Virus record (IMG/VR): IMGVR_UViG_3300025085_000013
Span: 51,718 to 71,717 of that record
Reading direction: 5' to 3' (one strand)
DNA from: an uncultured virus (IMG/VR IMGVR_UViG_3300025085_000013)
Lineage: Duplodnaviria > Heunggongvirae > Uroviricota > Caudoviricetes
DNA: 20,000 nt
Shown here: positions 1-9,286 of the stretch, in pieces
Position numbering within the stretch: position 1 is the stretch's first letter
Layout of the letters: each line of letters opens with the position of its first letter
Made by a program: the position numbers and the translations under genes
The notes under the pieces: generated by a model
The model's database searches: none
What the model was told of the DNA's origin: nothing
What the model saw: the letters and a program-made list of their open reading frames with translations, nothing else

Positions 1-387
1 AGAAGCATCACCACCCATAGCAGGATTTGCCGTTGCTGTTATTTCACTAGACTTCCCATCTTGGCTTGTACCTATTGTCGGGCCATCAAAGTAACCATTA
101 AATACTTCACCACCAGTAAGACCACCATACATTCCTCTAAAATTAAATAAAGCAAACTTATTAAAAATAGATCTAGGAATTTCCGCCTTCATACCAGATG
201 GTACTGCTATTGAATCGGCTTCTGCTTTATTTTGATAAAATGATTTATATACACCTTCTGTAATATCTTTAGCTAAACCAGCAGATTCACCACCAAATGC
301 ACCTAATTTTAAGCTAGTGCTTTTATTAGGGTTTGTTGGAAACATCGCATCATTTATACTACCTACTGCATCACTAAAACCTCCCAT
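1..387 (-). CDS. Hypothetical protein, N-terminal part (runs off the window); possibly a virion/late protein
   Basis: Not in the ORF track. ATG at 387 opens an uninterrupted frame MGGFSDAVGSINDAMFPTNPNKSTSLKLGAFGGESAG... to position 1. It is preceded by the TGAATATATA motif at 409-418. Confidence 0.8.
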   Translation of the reverse strand, partial: MGGFSDAVGSINDAMFPTNPNKSTSLKLGAFGGESAGLAKDITEGVYKSFYQNKAEADSIAVPSGMKAEIPRSIFNKFALFNFRGMYGGLTGGEVFNGYFDGPTIGTSQDGKSSEITATANPAMGGDAS

Positions 388-408
388 AAGTTAAACTCTT
401 ATTTTTTG

Positions 409-418
409 TATATATTCA
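409..418 (-). promoter_or_regulatory. Putative late-type promoter TGAATATATA
   Basis: Part of an exact 20-bp repeat (400-419 = 8178-8197). It overlaps the TGA stop of the upstream gene, and the motif recurs before several genes. Confidence 0.6.
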
Positions 419-979
419 GCTTAAGCTGTTGAGATACTTATCTATGTCAATATCACCTCTTTGGAATTTATCTAACCAACCTTTTTTAAATCTAGCATTA
501 AACTCCTGTGAGCTATCAGTTGAAAGAGAACCTTTAAAAAATGGCCTTGATGATATATCTCTTATTTCTTTTAGGTTTTTTGATATTATATAAAACTGAA
601 CTTTTTCAAATAAACCTTGTAAATCATTTTTAGTTTTTTTACACATAACAGATTCTACTATTACATAAAACCGTTCCCTATCATTTTCATTAAACCTATC
701 TTCTAATGATTTTACATTTTTGAAGTCTTCTTTTTTAAGTGGCATTTTTCTGGCTCTATTATCAAACTCATATTTAAAATTCATATCAAAAAAATTGGAT
801 TTTAAATATTTCATATTATCATACATTTTAATAATGCGAATTTGATACTGTGGATTAATAGGATCCCACTGCGTATCCATGATAAGACCTTTTATAGGTA
901 ATAAAACATTAGGCCTACTAAAAGAAGATAATAGACAATAAACAGTTTGGCCTTTTGTAAATATTCTATGGGCTTTCAT
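416..979 (-). CDS. Hypothetical protein (187 aa)
   Basis: ORF track; ATGA overlap with the upstream gene; no recognisable motif. Confidence 0.75.
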   Translation of the reverse strand: MKAHRIFTKGQTVYCLLSSFSRPNVLLPIKGLIMDTQWDPINPQYQIRIIKMYDNMKYLKSNFFDMNFKYEFDNRARKMPLKKEDFKNVKSLEDRFNENDRERFYVIVESVMCKKTKNDLQGLFEKVQFYIISKNLKEIRDISSRPFFKGSLSTDSSQEFNARFKKGWLDKFQRGDIDIDKYLNSLS

Positions 980-1365
980 TCAAATTCTATAATGTTCTCA
1001 AATAGATCTGCGCTACCGTTTACATTAATTTCTGGTGAATGATATATGTTGTATTTTAATTCTCTATCGGTTAAAGATTCTACATATGTCTTTATACCTG
1101 TTACTGTAGATTCATTAAGATTACCAAGTACATAAAAAATTGAAGAAGTAGTATTTCTATCCAATACAGTTTGCAACTGCTTCATAAGATAAGACGATAC
1201 AACAGCGTCAGACGGTTCAAATTGATAAAAATCATTCTTGGTTAGTTTGTTAAAAATATCCATGTAATTAATACATTCAATATTTCTAGGAACTGCACCT
1301 AAAAAGGTTTTTACTCTTACCGCATCCTTTGAGTATATAAAATTAAATTCTATGTTTGTTTCCAT
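976..1365 (-). CDS. Hypothetical protein (129 aa)
   Basis: ORF track; overlaps both neighbours in operon fashion. Confidence 0.75.
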   Translation of the reverse strand: METNIEFNFIYSKDAVRVKTFLGAVPRNIECINYMDIFNKLTKNDFYQFEPSDAVVSSYLMKQLQTVLDRNTTSSIFYVLGNLNESTVTGIKTYVESLTDRELKYNIYHSPEINVNGSADLFENIIEFE

Positions 1366-1679
1366 TCAGTTAGTAAATCGATCTCTGCTTGGAGCTCTCT
1401 TATTTTACTTTCTAGTTCTTTTTTATTAGGCTCATAATGAGTACCCCATTCCGTCTTTAACCTGAGTACTTCTTTTTCAAATTTATTACCGCCTTCTAAA
1501 CCTAGATCCTCGCATAGCTCCCAAAAGAACTTCATAATATATTCGTACTTATTACGGCTTTCATCATTAGATTCATATACATCTGTTGAAGTCCACTGTT
1601 CTTTACCGCCGCCATGATTATCATCGATCACTCTCTTAATAACCCCATTCCTTGCAGGTTCTAAAACGATTTTAATCAT
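1350..1679 (-). CDS. Hypothetical protein (109 aa) with C-terminal coiled coil
   Basis: ORF track; heptad pattern KELESKIRELQAEIDLL. Confidence 0.75.
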   Translation of the reverse strand: MIKIVLEPARNGVIKRVIDDNHGGGKEQWTSTDVYESNDESRNKYEYIMKFFWELCEDLGLEGGNKFEKEVLRLKTEWGTHYEPNKKELESKIRELQAEIDLLTEWKQT

Positions 1680-2046
1680 TAAGTCTATTATTTAAAGATT
1701 CTCTTGCTTCTTTCATTAGCTTTCTTGCTACCTTTTTATCGGTATGCCATGATTCTTTATCTTTAACAGTTAAAATAGCATCAGCTTCTCTTAACATTTC
1801 AATTTCTTTATCATTATAGCCAACTTCTTTCCATGCTATAATTTTACTTTCTTCCATGCTCTCAAGCTGTTCTGTAATTTTCTTCTCTACTGCATCAGTG
1901 TTAGCTTTATGTAATTCTATACCTTTATCAATAGATGCCTTTGTGAGTTTCATCCATTCATTAAAAGGTAAGTTTCTTTTCGCCTTTAGTATACCTTGAT
2001 ACTTCATCGCTAATCTTCTCTGTCTTCTATTCGGTGCTTGTGTCAT
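1672..2046 (-). CDS. Hypothetical helical protein (124 aa) with Arg-rich N-terminus
   Basis: ORF track; PNRRQRR at the N-terminus; AATATATA motif at 2061-2068 upstream. Confidence 0.75.
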   Translation of the reverse strand: MTQAPNRRQRRLAMKYQGILKAKRNLPFNEWMKLTKASIDKGIELHKANTDAVEKKITEQLESMEESKIIAWKEVGYNDKEIEMLREADAILTVKDKESWHTDKKVARKLMKEARESLNNRLND

Positions 2047-2082
2047 GTGATTGATTTTATTATATATTATACCTTAAATTGC

Positions 2083-2568
2083 TTAGTCAATTTTATATCT
2101 AGTTTTAATTAATTCTTTAATACTATCAAAAAGACTATCCAAAATTAAATCTTCTGATATTTGATTTTTAATAAATGATTCTAGTTCCTCGTTTACTTCT
2201 TCACTATCAAATGATGAACTAATAATTTCATAAATAGCCTTTTTAGGGACACTTATTGGAAAGGTAAGATTCAGTTTTACTTTATCATTCTTTTTCTGCT
2301 TATCAAAAAGAGTTCTTATTGGAGATGAGGTTTCTTTTTGTGGTGGCAATTTTTCTTTATAGACCTCTGCTTTTATTGATGCTGGTGTAGGTGAATTAAA
2401 ATCTAAAGGATCTCCATCCAAAGGTTCTAAAAATTCAGATATTAGATTAGTTGATATTCTTCCACCACTCTCAAATATAGTCCACCCATCCTCGGTAGTT
2501 TTAATAACTTCTACCGACCCTATCTTATCACCTTTAATCCACTGTAGTTTTTCTTCTATACTTTCCAT
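2083..2568 (-). CDS. Hypothetical protein (161 aa)
   Basis: ORF track; preceded by an AAAC-N17-TATAAT motif. Confidence 0.75.
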   Translation of the reverse strand: MESIEEKLQWIKGDKIGSVEVIKTTEDGWTIFESGGRISTNLISEFLEPLDGDPLDFNSPTPASIKAEVYKEKLPPQKETSSPIRTLFDKQKKNDKVKLNLTFPISVPKKAIYEIISSSFDSEEVNEELESFIKNQISEDLILDSLFDSIKELIKTRYKID

Positions 2569-2588
2569 ACTATTATCCCTTTATAGTT

Positions 2589-2615
2589 ATTATACATAAA
2601 AAAATAAAATTGTTT
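2589..2615 (-). promoter_or_regulatory. Putative promoter AAAC-N17-TATAAT
   Basis: On the + strand, GTTT at 2612-2615 and ATTATA at 2589-2594 with a 17-nt spacer; the same spacing occurs at five other intergenic sites. Confidence 0.65.
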
Positions 2616-2627
2616 TAAATTTAAATA

Positions 2628-5600
2628 TTATGATGGATCACTGATAAATACCTTATATGTAATATTGACTTCATCTAGCTCCAAAGTTCCACCTTTACTA
2701 GCTGCAAACCCCAAGAAAATCCTTGTAGTTGATGGATTAACGGGTACACTAATATTAAAGCTTGCTGTGCCACATAAGAATTTTCCAGCATTTACATCTT
2801 GGTCGTCAAAGACGGTAAATTGAGCATTAGAGAATGTTATACCATCATCAGGCCCTAAGCCAGTTAAGGCCATCATGTCATCGCCGGTTCCGCCGGTTGA
2901 TGGAGGAATTATATCACCACATTCCCACGTCCACATTTTCACATGAAAATCACCAGTATTTGAAACACCTGTATTATTTGTAAAAACAGTGAAGTACACA
3001 TTGTATTGTTTACTACCAGCTACAACCGATTCATTTGGTACTACACCACAGGTCATGGTTGTAGGTCTTGCTTGATCAGCCCTGGTAGGCCCATGAGCTC
3101 CCACAGATGTTATTTCACCAATTACTATACCGCCTGGGTAAGAACCTCCTTGTACCGTCCTAGCCCAAATCGAATCAGACCAACCACCTAGGAGTGCCAA
3201 TCCGCCACTAGAAGCCGCCGCATCACCTACCTGCCATCCAGCAGTATTGTAATTAGGAAGACCATCACTTACTACTATAGAACTTTCAAATTGAGGAGCA
3301 ATTGAAGTTCCGCTGCCTCCTGTTATACCTTGTGTACCTTGTGTACCAGTAGTACCTTGTACTCCTGTTATGTTATAAGATATTGAATATGTATCACCTG
3401 CAGCAAATTGCCCGTCACCAGCAATATATTGAAGAGCGATTAAGAGGGAATTGGTACCGGAGGTTGGATTACCATTTACTAAATAGATACCGAATTGTGA
3501 CGGATCATCTACTTTATATAAAGCTATTTGATCACCTGAAGAGATTCCTGCTAACCAACCATCAACGACAGAGGCATTAGCATCAGTTTTTGAAATATTT
3601 ACAAGTGATGCTAATGATGGGTCATTATTAGAAATATTAAAATCATTATTTGCAGGTGCACCTGCACCGGAAGTTGAATTACAAATCCATCTTAAAGCAT
3701 TTGCACCATCTACACCATTTACACCTACACCTTGAATACCTTGAATACCTTGGGTACCTTGAATACCTTGAATACCTTGTGTTCCTGCAGTACCTGGCTG
3801 ACTAACACAATAAACTACTTCATCATCTCCACTAAAAGTTTGATTAGGTCCACTAACCCATACAACAGTATAAACTAAATTTCCTGTCGGTGTTGTCACT
3901 AGAGTTACTTCATAATTATCAGGATTAGAATAAGTACCATCAGAACTTTGGGAAAATGAAAGTATTGAGCCTACTACTGCCGCTTGATTATTACTAGAAG
4001 TTGGACTAATAAACACCTGTGTTACTAAATTAGCAGTTGCATTATTAACAGCGAATGTCCCAGGAGCGGTACCACCTATTGTAAATACCTCTCTATTTAT
4101 TAGTTCACAACCTGGTCCAACTATTAGTGGACCTGCCTGGTATGTACATACAGTATAAACAGGGCTAGGATTATTAGCTAAAAGAAAAGCACCACTAATT
4201 ATAGTAATATTATAAATTATACCATTAGAAGGTTGAAGGGCCGCAGGAATTTTACTGTCAACCCTAAGTATCATCTTATTAGCTGGTGTAGCTGGATCTT
4301 GTATAGTAATCGTAGCGTTTTCATTTAATGCATTATCTCCAATAAACTGACAACCTGAAGTATTACCGATGAATACCTGCGTTGGTGTTGAGTTATCAAC
4401 TTGTACATATTGTTGTACAGTAGATGAAAATCCATTATTAAAAAACGCAGTAGGAGTAAAACACCCACCTTCTGCGCCGGTTGTTCCTTGTGTTCCTTGA
4501 TCACCAGTTATACCTTGTGTTCCTTGTAAACCAGTGATACCTTGAATACCTTGAGTTCCAGTACCTTCAATACCTTGTAAACCTTGAGTTCCTTGTAAAC
4601 CAGTGATACCTTGAATACCTTGAGTACCTTGAGTTCCTGTGCCTTCAATACCTTGAGTTCCTTGTAAACCTTGAATACCTTGTAAACCAGTTATACCTTG
4701 TGTTCCTTGTAAACCAGTGATACCTTGAATACCTTGAATTCCAGTTCCAGTTATACCTTGGGTTCCTTGTGTTCCTTGTAAACCGGTTATACCTTGAATA
4801 CCTTGAGTTCCTGTACCTTCAATACCTTGTGTACCTTGAGTTCCTTGTAAACCAGTGATACCTTGTAAACCAGTTATACCTTGTATACCGGTACCAGTTA
4901 TACCTTGTGTTCCTTGTGTTCCTTGAATACCAGTGATACCTTGAATACCTTGAGTTCCAGTTCCAGTTATACCTTGGGTTCCTTGCGTTCCTTGTGCTGA
5001 AACACTACCTGCTATACCTTGTATACCTTGTAAACCAGTTATACCTTGAGTTCCAGTTATACCTTGTATACCGGTACCAGTTATACCTTGTGTTCCTTGT
5101 GTTCCTTGAATACCAGTGATACCTTGAATGCCTTGTGTACCTGTACCTTCAATACCTTGTGTACCTTGAGTTCCTTGCAAACCAGTGATACCTTGAATAC
5201 CTTGAGTTCCAGTTCCAGTTATACCTTGAGTTCCTTGTGTTCCTTGAGCCGAAACACTACCTGCTATACCTTGTATACCTTGTAAACCAATTATACCTTG
5301 AATACCCTGAGTTCCAGTTCCAGTTATACCTTGGGTTCCTTGTGTTCCTTGAGCCGAAACGCTACCTGCTATACCTTGTATACCTTGTAAACCAGTTATA
5401 CCCTGAGTTCCAGTTCCAGTAATACCTTGTGTACCTTGTGTTCCTTGAGCCGAAACGCTACCTGCTATACCTTGTATACCTTGTAAACCAGTTATACCTT
5501 GTGCACCTGTACATCCAGCGGTATCAAATCTAACTTCATATACATGATCCAGTGTTCCAATACCACTTGGGCCAGCAAGAAAAGTAACAGTTAATTCTCT

Positions 5601-7565
5601 AAATGTTGTAGAAGAAGAGAGGGCATTAGCATCTACTTCCCATTGCCATTCATCACCGGTTGCCGGATCTTCAATATGCATAATTGATCCAGGACAAACA
5701 TACTCCAAGTATCCTCCTCTATTTATACCATTAGAACCTGTCGTACCCCAGTCTGTTGTATTTAATTCAAAGAAAGTAACATTACTAAAATTTGTAGTAC
5801 TATTTCCAATAAATTCACCAGATGTTGGATCAGCTACACCGGTTGTTGTATTTCTTAAATACCAATTACCTAAATAACCAATACCTCCTGTTATACCTTG
5901 AATACCTTGTGTACCAAATGTACCTTGTGCGCCTTGCGCGCCAGTTCCTGTAATACCTTGGATACCTTGAATACCTTGAGTACCTGCACCAGTAATACCT
6001 TGAGTACCTTGGGAACCTGTTATACCTTGTGAACCTATTATACCTTGTGTTCCTTGAGTTCCTTGCGCACCTTTATCTCCTGTTACAACAAATGATATTA
6101 ATATGTCTTCATCCATAGTAAATGGTGCAGTTTCAGTAAATGCAACAGGTACTATTTCTAATTCCCACCATGTACCTGGAGCAGAAGGTCTGTCATATAC
6201 TTCAGTTATTTGCCAAAGTATAAATTCATTTGAATCAGCCTTTGATGATATCCTAACATGCCCTTTAGGTATAGAAGTACTTGATTTTATTGTGTTTAAG
6301 AATGTAGATATGTCAGTTCCAGTAACACCATTATCATTTATAGACATAATGGTAGCTAGGCTTTGGTTTGCTGTATTTAAAGAAGCATAACTAAATCCAG
6401 GATCGTCAACTACTAATGTTGTATTAAATTGATAATCAAAAGTAGCACCACCAAAAGTACCATCGGCTCCTGTTACACCTTGAATACCTTGTGTACCTTG
6501 AATACCTGTAATACCTTGAGTTCCTGCACCTGTAATACCTTGGATACCTTGAATACCTTGAGTTCCTGCACCTGTAATACCTTGAATACCTTGAATACCT
6601 TGAATACCTTGTGTACCTGCGCCTGTAATACCTTGGATACCTTGAATACCTTGAACACCTTGTGTTCCTGTAATACCTTGAACGCCTTGTAAACCTTGAA
6701 TACCTTGTAAACCTTGAATACCTTGAATACCTTGCGTACCTTGTGTACCTTGTGCTCCAGTTAGACCAGCAGAACTAGGTGCAATGTTTATCCAATTATT
6801 ACCATCCCATTGTAAAAGATCAGCATTCTGTACATTAGTTATTGCAACATCATCCAAATAATCAATAAGAGGCTGCCCACTATTTAAATTCTGTAATTCA
6901 AGAGCACCTTCATCAAAATTATAAACTACGTTATTGTTTGCAGCATCCAATTGGATTTCTAACACTTCACCAGTACCGGTAACATTAGTTACGTTAAGCC
7001 CTCTGAATGTTAAATCTTGGCCGCTCATCCCAGCAAATAAATCTTGGCCACCTATTCCTATATTTAAACCTTGATTTACCTCGCCTGCATTACCATTATT
7101 TATTATCTTAATTGCCTTAACTGTATTGTCATATTGAAAACTAATACCTGGGCCTGCTATTAATCTAAGAGTATCATTATCAGTTGTAGACGCTAATGTA
7201 AAATCGAGACCTGCTGCGAGGGCTGGTGTTGGGCCAGTATAATTAACTAATACTTTACCATACCCATTTGATCCACTTACTGTTATATCACCAGTACCTA
7301 TACCTCCGATGATATCCCATTCATTAGTATCAAACGAGCCTTGTGTTGTTCTTTTATTAGCTCTCCACCAAGTTAAGGTTTCTTCCGGAGTCCCAGTAGC
7401 ACTAACAACTTCAACTGGGTGATATACTACATGCCCGGTATCGTAAGACCTGTTATCTACCCATGGGTTTGCTACTGCCTTGAAGTTTTCATCTACCTCT
7501 CCGTTAAAAAGTTCTCTTTGAACCTCAGTTCTGTAGATGATGTATTCTTTTAGATTGAATGCCAT
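2628..7565 (-). CDS. Collagen-like (Gly-X-Y) repeat protein, probable tail/head fibre or adhesin (1645 aa)
   Basis: Five blocks of GIQ/GTQ/GIT/GLQ triplets alternate with beta-rich globular domains. N-terminal W-x5-Y-x2-G-x-VVY motif resembles CBM5/12. TGAATAAATA motif upstream at 7583-7592. Confidence 0.85.
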   Translation of the reverse strand: MAFNLKEYIIYRTEVQRELFNGEVDENFKAVANPWVDNRSYDTGHVVYHPVEVVSATGTPEETLTWWRANKRTTQGSFDTNEWDIIGGIGTGDITVSGSNGYGKVLVNYTGPTPALAAGLDFTLASTTDNDTLRLIAGPGISFQYDNTVKAIKIINNGNAGEVNQGLNIGIGGQDLFAGMSGQDLTFRGLNVTNVTGTGEVLEIQLDAANNNVVYNFDEGALELQNLNSGQPLIDYLDDVAITNVQNADLLQWDGNNWINIAPSSAGLTGAQGTQGTQGIQGIQGLQGIQGLQGVQGITGTQGVQGIQGIQGITGAGTQGIQGIQGIQGITGAGTQGIQGIQGITGAGTQGITGIQGTQGIQGVTGADGTFGGATFDYQFNTTLVVDDPGFSYASLNTANQSLATIMSINDNGVTGTDISTFLNTIKSSTSIPKGHVRISSKADSNEFILWQITEVYDRPSAPGTWWELEIVPVAFTETAPFTMDEDILISFVVTGDKGAQGTQGTQGIIGSQGITGSQGTQGITGAGTQGIQGIQGITGTGAQGAQGTFGTQGIQGITGGIGYLGNWYLRNTTTGVADPTSGEFIGNSTTNFSNVTFFELNTTDWGTTGSNGINRGGYLEYVCPGSIMHIEDPATGDEWQWEVDANALSSSTTFRELTVTFLAGPSGIGTLDHVYEVRFDTAGCTGAQGITGLQGIQGIAGSVSAQGTQGTQGITGTGTQGITGLQGIQGIAGSVSAQGTQGTQGITGTGTQGIQGIIGLQGIQGIAGSVSAQGTQGTQGITGTGTQGIQGITGLQGTQGTQGIEGTGTQGIQGITGIQGTQGTQGITGTGIQGITGTQGITGLQGIQGIAGSVSAQGTQGTQGITGTGTQGIQGITGIQGTQGTQGITGTGIQGITGLQGITGLQGTQGTQGIEGTGTQGIQGITGLQGTQGTQGITGTGIQGIQGITGLQGTQGITGLQGIQGLQGTQGIEGTGTQGTQGIQGITGLQGTQGLQGIEGTGTQGIQGITGLQGTQGITGDQGTQGTTGAEGGCFTPTAFFNNGFSSTVQQYVQVDNSTPTQVFIGNTSGCQFIGDNALNENATITIQDPATPANKMILRVDSKIPAALQPSNGIIYNITIISGAFLLANNPSPVYTVCTYQAGPLIVGPGCELINREVFTIGGTAPGTFAVNNATANLVTQVFISPTSSNNQAAVVGSILSFSQSSDGTYSNPDNYEVTLVTTPTGNLVYTVVWVSGPNQTFSGDDEVVYCVSQPGTAGTQGIQGIQGTQGIQGIQGVGVNGVDGANALRWICNSTSGAGAPANNDFNISNNDPSLASLVNISKTDANASVVDGWLAGISSGDQIALYKVDDPSQFGIYLVNGNPTSGTNSLLIALQYIAGDGQFAAGDTYSISYNITGVQGTTGTQGTQGITGGSGTSIAPQFESSIVVSDGLPNYNTAGWQVGDAAASSGGLALLGGWSDSIWARTVQGGSYPGGIVIGEITSVGAHGPTRADQARPTTMTCGVVPNESVVAGSKQYNVYFTVFTNNTGVSNTGDFHVKMWTWECGDIIPPSTGGTGDDMMALTGLGPDDGITFSNAQFTVFDDQDVNAGKFLCGTASFNISVPVNPSTTRIFLGFAASKGGTLELDEVNITYKVFISDPS
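4480..5510 (-). repeat. Intragenic 9-bp-period collagen repeat tract with higher-order duplicated units
   Basis: (ccttgNNNN)-type periodicity; the unit encoding GIQGIAGSVSAQGTQGTQGITGTG occurs four times (near 5000, 5255, 5360, 5455). Confidence 0.9.
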
Positions 7566-7585
7566 TTAATCTTATCTTTTTTTAT

Positions 7586-8167
7586 TTATTCAGGTGGTTC
7601 ATTAATAATAGTAGCATCATCATAAGGAAATTCATCAGTATCTTTTCTTGATGTAAACACCTCTCTTAATTGATTTAAATACCATGTCCCTTGTGACCAA
7701 CCAGGCACTGCATAACACGGTGAGTAAATACCTAATGTATATATTCTATAAATTTCATCCCAATATTTTCTATACTCTTTCACTGCTTTGTTAATAAATG
7801 AAACTTGTCTATCTACGAGAACTGAACGTTGTGAATTTCTTTGAATATCAAAAGAAGACCCGGTAGTCAATGTAAAATTACCTGTTAAATCGGATGCTCT
7901 ATATTCAGTTGTAAATTCATATAGTTCACTTGCTCCTAGGAATAATTGTATAGAAACAATATCACCTATAAAACAAGGATCAAATGGGACATAATTATTC
8001 TGATAGAATAATTCCATTTCTTCAATACTGTTAAAATCCGTAAATTCAGTTTTTTGATTTACTTGGTCATAAAATCCTACACGGATTTTAGACACATCTA
8101 TTTTGTACTTTTTTAAGTAGACAAAAAAATCAAGAGATAGTTTAAATGTTAATGCTTCAACGACCAA
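7586..8167 (-). CDS. Hypothetical protein (193 aa, TTG start), likely late/structural
   Basis: ORF track; directly upstream of the fibre gene and preceded by TGAATATATA at 8187-8196. Confidence 0.7.
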   Translation of the reverse strand: MVVEALTFKLSLDFFVYLKKYKIDVSKIRVGFYDQVNQKTEFTDFNSIEEMELFYQNNYVPFDPCFIGDIVSIQLFLGASELYEFTTEYRASDLTGNFTLTTGSSFDIQRNSQRSVLVDRQVSFINKAVKEYRKYWDEIYRIYTLGIYSPCYAVPGWSQGTWYLNQLREVFTSRKDTDEFPYDDATIINEPPE

Positions 8168-8186
8168 AAGTATGTACTATTTTTTG

Positions 8187-8196
8187 TATATATTCA
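8187..8196 (-). promoter_or_regulatory. Putative late-type promoter TGAATATATA
   Basis: Exact 20-bp repeat with 400-419; overlaps the TGA stop of the deaminase gene. Confidence 0.6.
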
Positions 8197-8667
8197 GTCC
8201 TTTATAGAGTGGTAGTCATTTACTAGGTTAGAAATTTTACCATAGGTCACATTACATTCACTAAATATTTTAAGATGAGACATGTCTCTGTAGTCTTGTA
8301 TCCAATAAACATGCTTAAATCCAGCATTAACTAAAATTTTAGTGCACATTTTACAAGGGGAGAGTGTTAAGAGTATTATGTAATTTTGTGGATCATATTC
8401 TTGAAACTTGGCAATCATATTTACCTCAGCATGAATAAATCCACTTTCACCAGGTGTTAAAGAATCTTCTTCTGTTCCAGTATTTTTATTTGTACCAGCC
8501 CCACTATAAGATCCATTATACCCAAAGCTTGCTATTTTACTAAAGTCTTTTTTTAAGGCCATGCAACCAACCTTAGTAGTAGAAGAATTCGAAAGATCTC
8601 TAATACTTAACAAAATATTAGTAAATGCTTTTAGCTTTATTTGAAGTCGCTGAAGTTTGGAATCCAT
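8194..8667 (-). CDS. dCMP deaminase (cytidine/deoxycytidylate deaminase family)
   Basis: Zn-binding HAE (HAEVN) and PCxxC (SPCKMC) motifs, plus KVGC and GYNG motifs. Confidence 0.9.
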   Translation of the reverse strand: MDSKLQRLQIKLKAFTNILLSIRDLSNSSTTKVGCMALKKDFSKIASFGYNGSYSGAGTNKNTGTEEDSLTPGESGFIHAEVNMIAKFQEYDPQNYIILLTLSPCKMCTKILVNAGFKHVYWIQDYRDMSHLKIFSECNVTYGKISNLVNDYHSIKD

Positions 8668-9227
8668 TTTTGTTTTATTAAAGTCGCCTTCATTTTTACC
8701 TCAGGTAAATCTTTATTAAGACTGTTTGCAATTTTTATATTTTCTTTATCATCATCAAAGAATTTAAAATTCCTAAATCCCATTTGCACAAATTTCATAA
8801 AGGCATCTTTTTTCTTCTGTGCAGTAGAACCAGTAAACCCTAACGAAGGATCATTAATTGCAAAGATAAAATCAGGATTAACATCAACACCGTTATGCAT
8901 TAAAAAATCATAGATAAGTTTTGAATCGTCTCTCGCAGTAATAATACCTACAGCAGTACCTTTTGAAATTGTTCTTTTAAGAATGTTAAAAACCCAATCA
9001 ATTATTTTACCAGCCTTAAGAATTTCTAAATCCCTAAAGTCATTAAAATCAAACTTATCATGCGGCTTGGTTTTAAATGTATTAAATTCTTGTGGCGTAA
9101 GATCTATTTCATATCCTGTTTTTGGATTAAAAACTCTAATCTTACTTTTGGTTACAATCAAAGTATCATCAACATCAAAGACAGTTATATCTTTCCCCCA
9201 CTTTCTATACTTCTCAAATAATTCCAT
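8637..9227 (-). CDS. HAD-superfamily phosphatase/nucleotidase-like protein
   Basis: DxD motif FDVDDTL, ITAR (motif II), K, and FFDDD (motif IV). Start revised to the ATG at 9227 (MELFEKY), just downstream of the AATATATA motif at 9232-9239. Confidence 0.8.
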   Translation of the reverse strand: MELFEKYRKWGKDITVFDVDDTLIVTKSKIRVFNPKTGYEIDLTPQEFNTFKTKPHDKFDFNDFRDLEILKAGKIIDWVFNILKRTISKGTAVGIITARDDSKLIYDFLMHNGVDVNPDFIFAINDPSLGFTGSTAQKKKDAFMKFVQMGFRNFKFFDDDKENIKIANSLNKDLPEVKMKATLIKQKWIPNFSDFK

Positions 9228-9286
9228 ACAATATATATTGGTTACTTTCTGTTGCATCACCACAGGTGAGATATGAAATGGATACA

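Noticed and set aside
3006..6692. Small ORFs inside the collagen gene (3006, 3383, 5046, 5237, 6103, 6429 on +; 6473 on -)
   Set aside because: Antisense or frame-shifted shadows of a low-complexity coding repeat.
4480..6760. Dense short direct repeats as a CRISPR array or DGR template/variable repeats
   Set aside because: The 9-bp periodicity is fully explained by Gly-X-Y codons in an open frame. There are no unique spacers, and no cas or reverse transcriptase gene is in the window.
9257..9269. Small hairpin TCACC-ACA-GGTGA downstream of the ligase gene
   Set aside because: Only 5 bp with no U-tract; insufficient evidence for a function.
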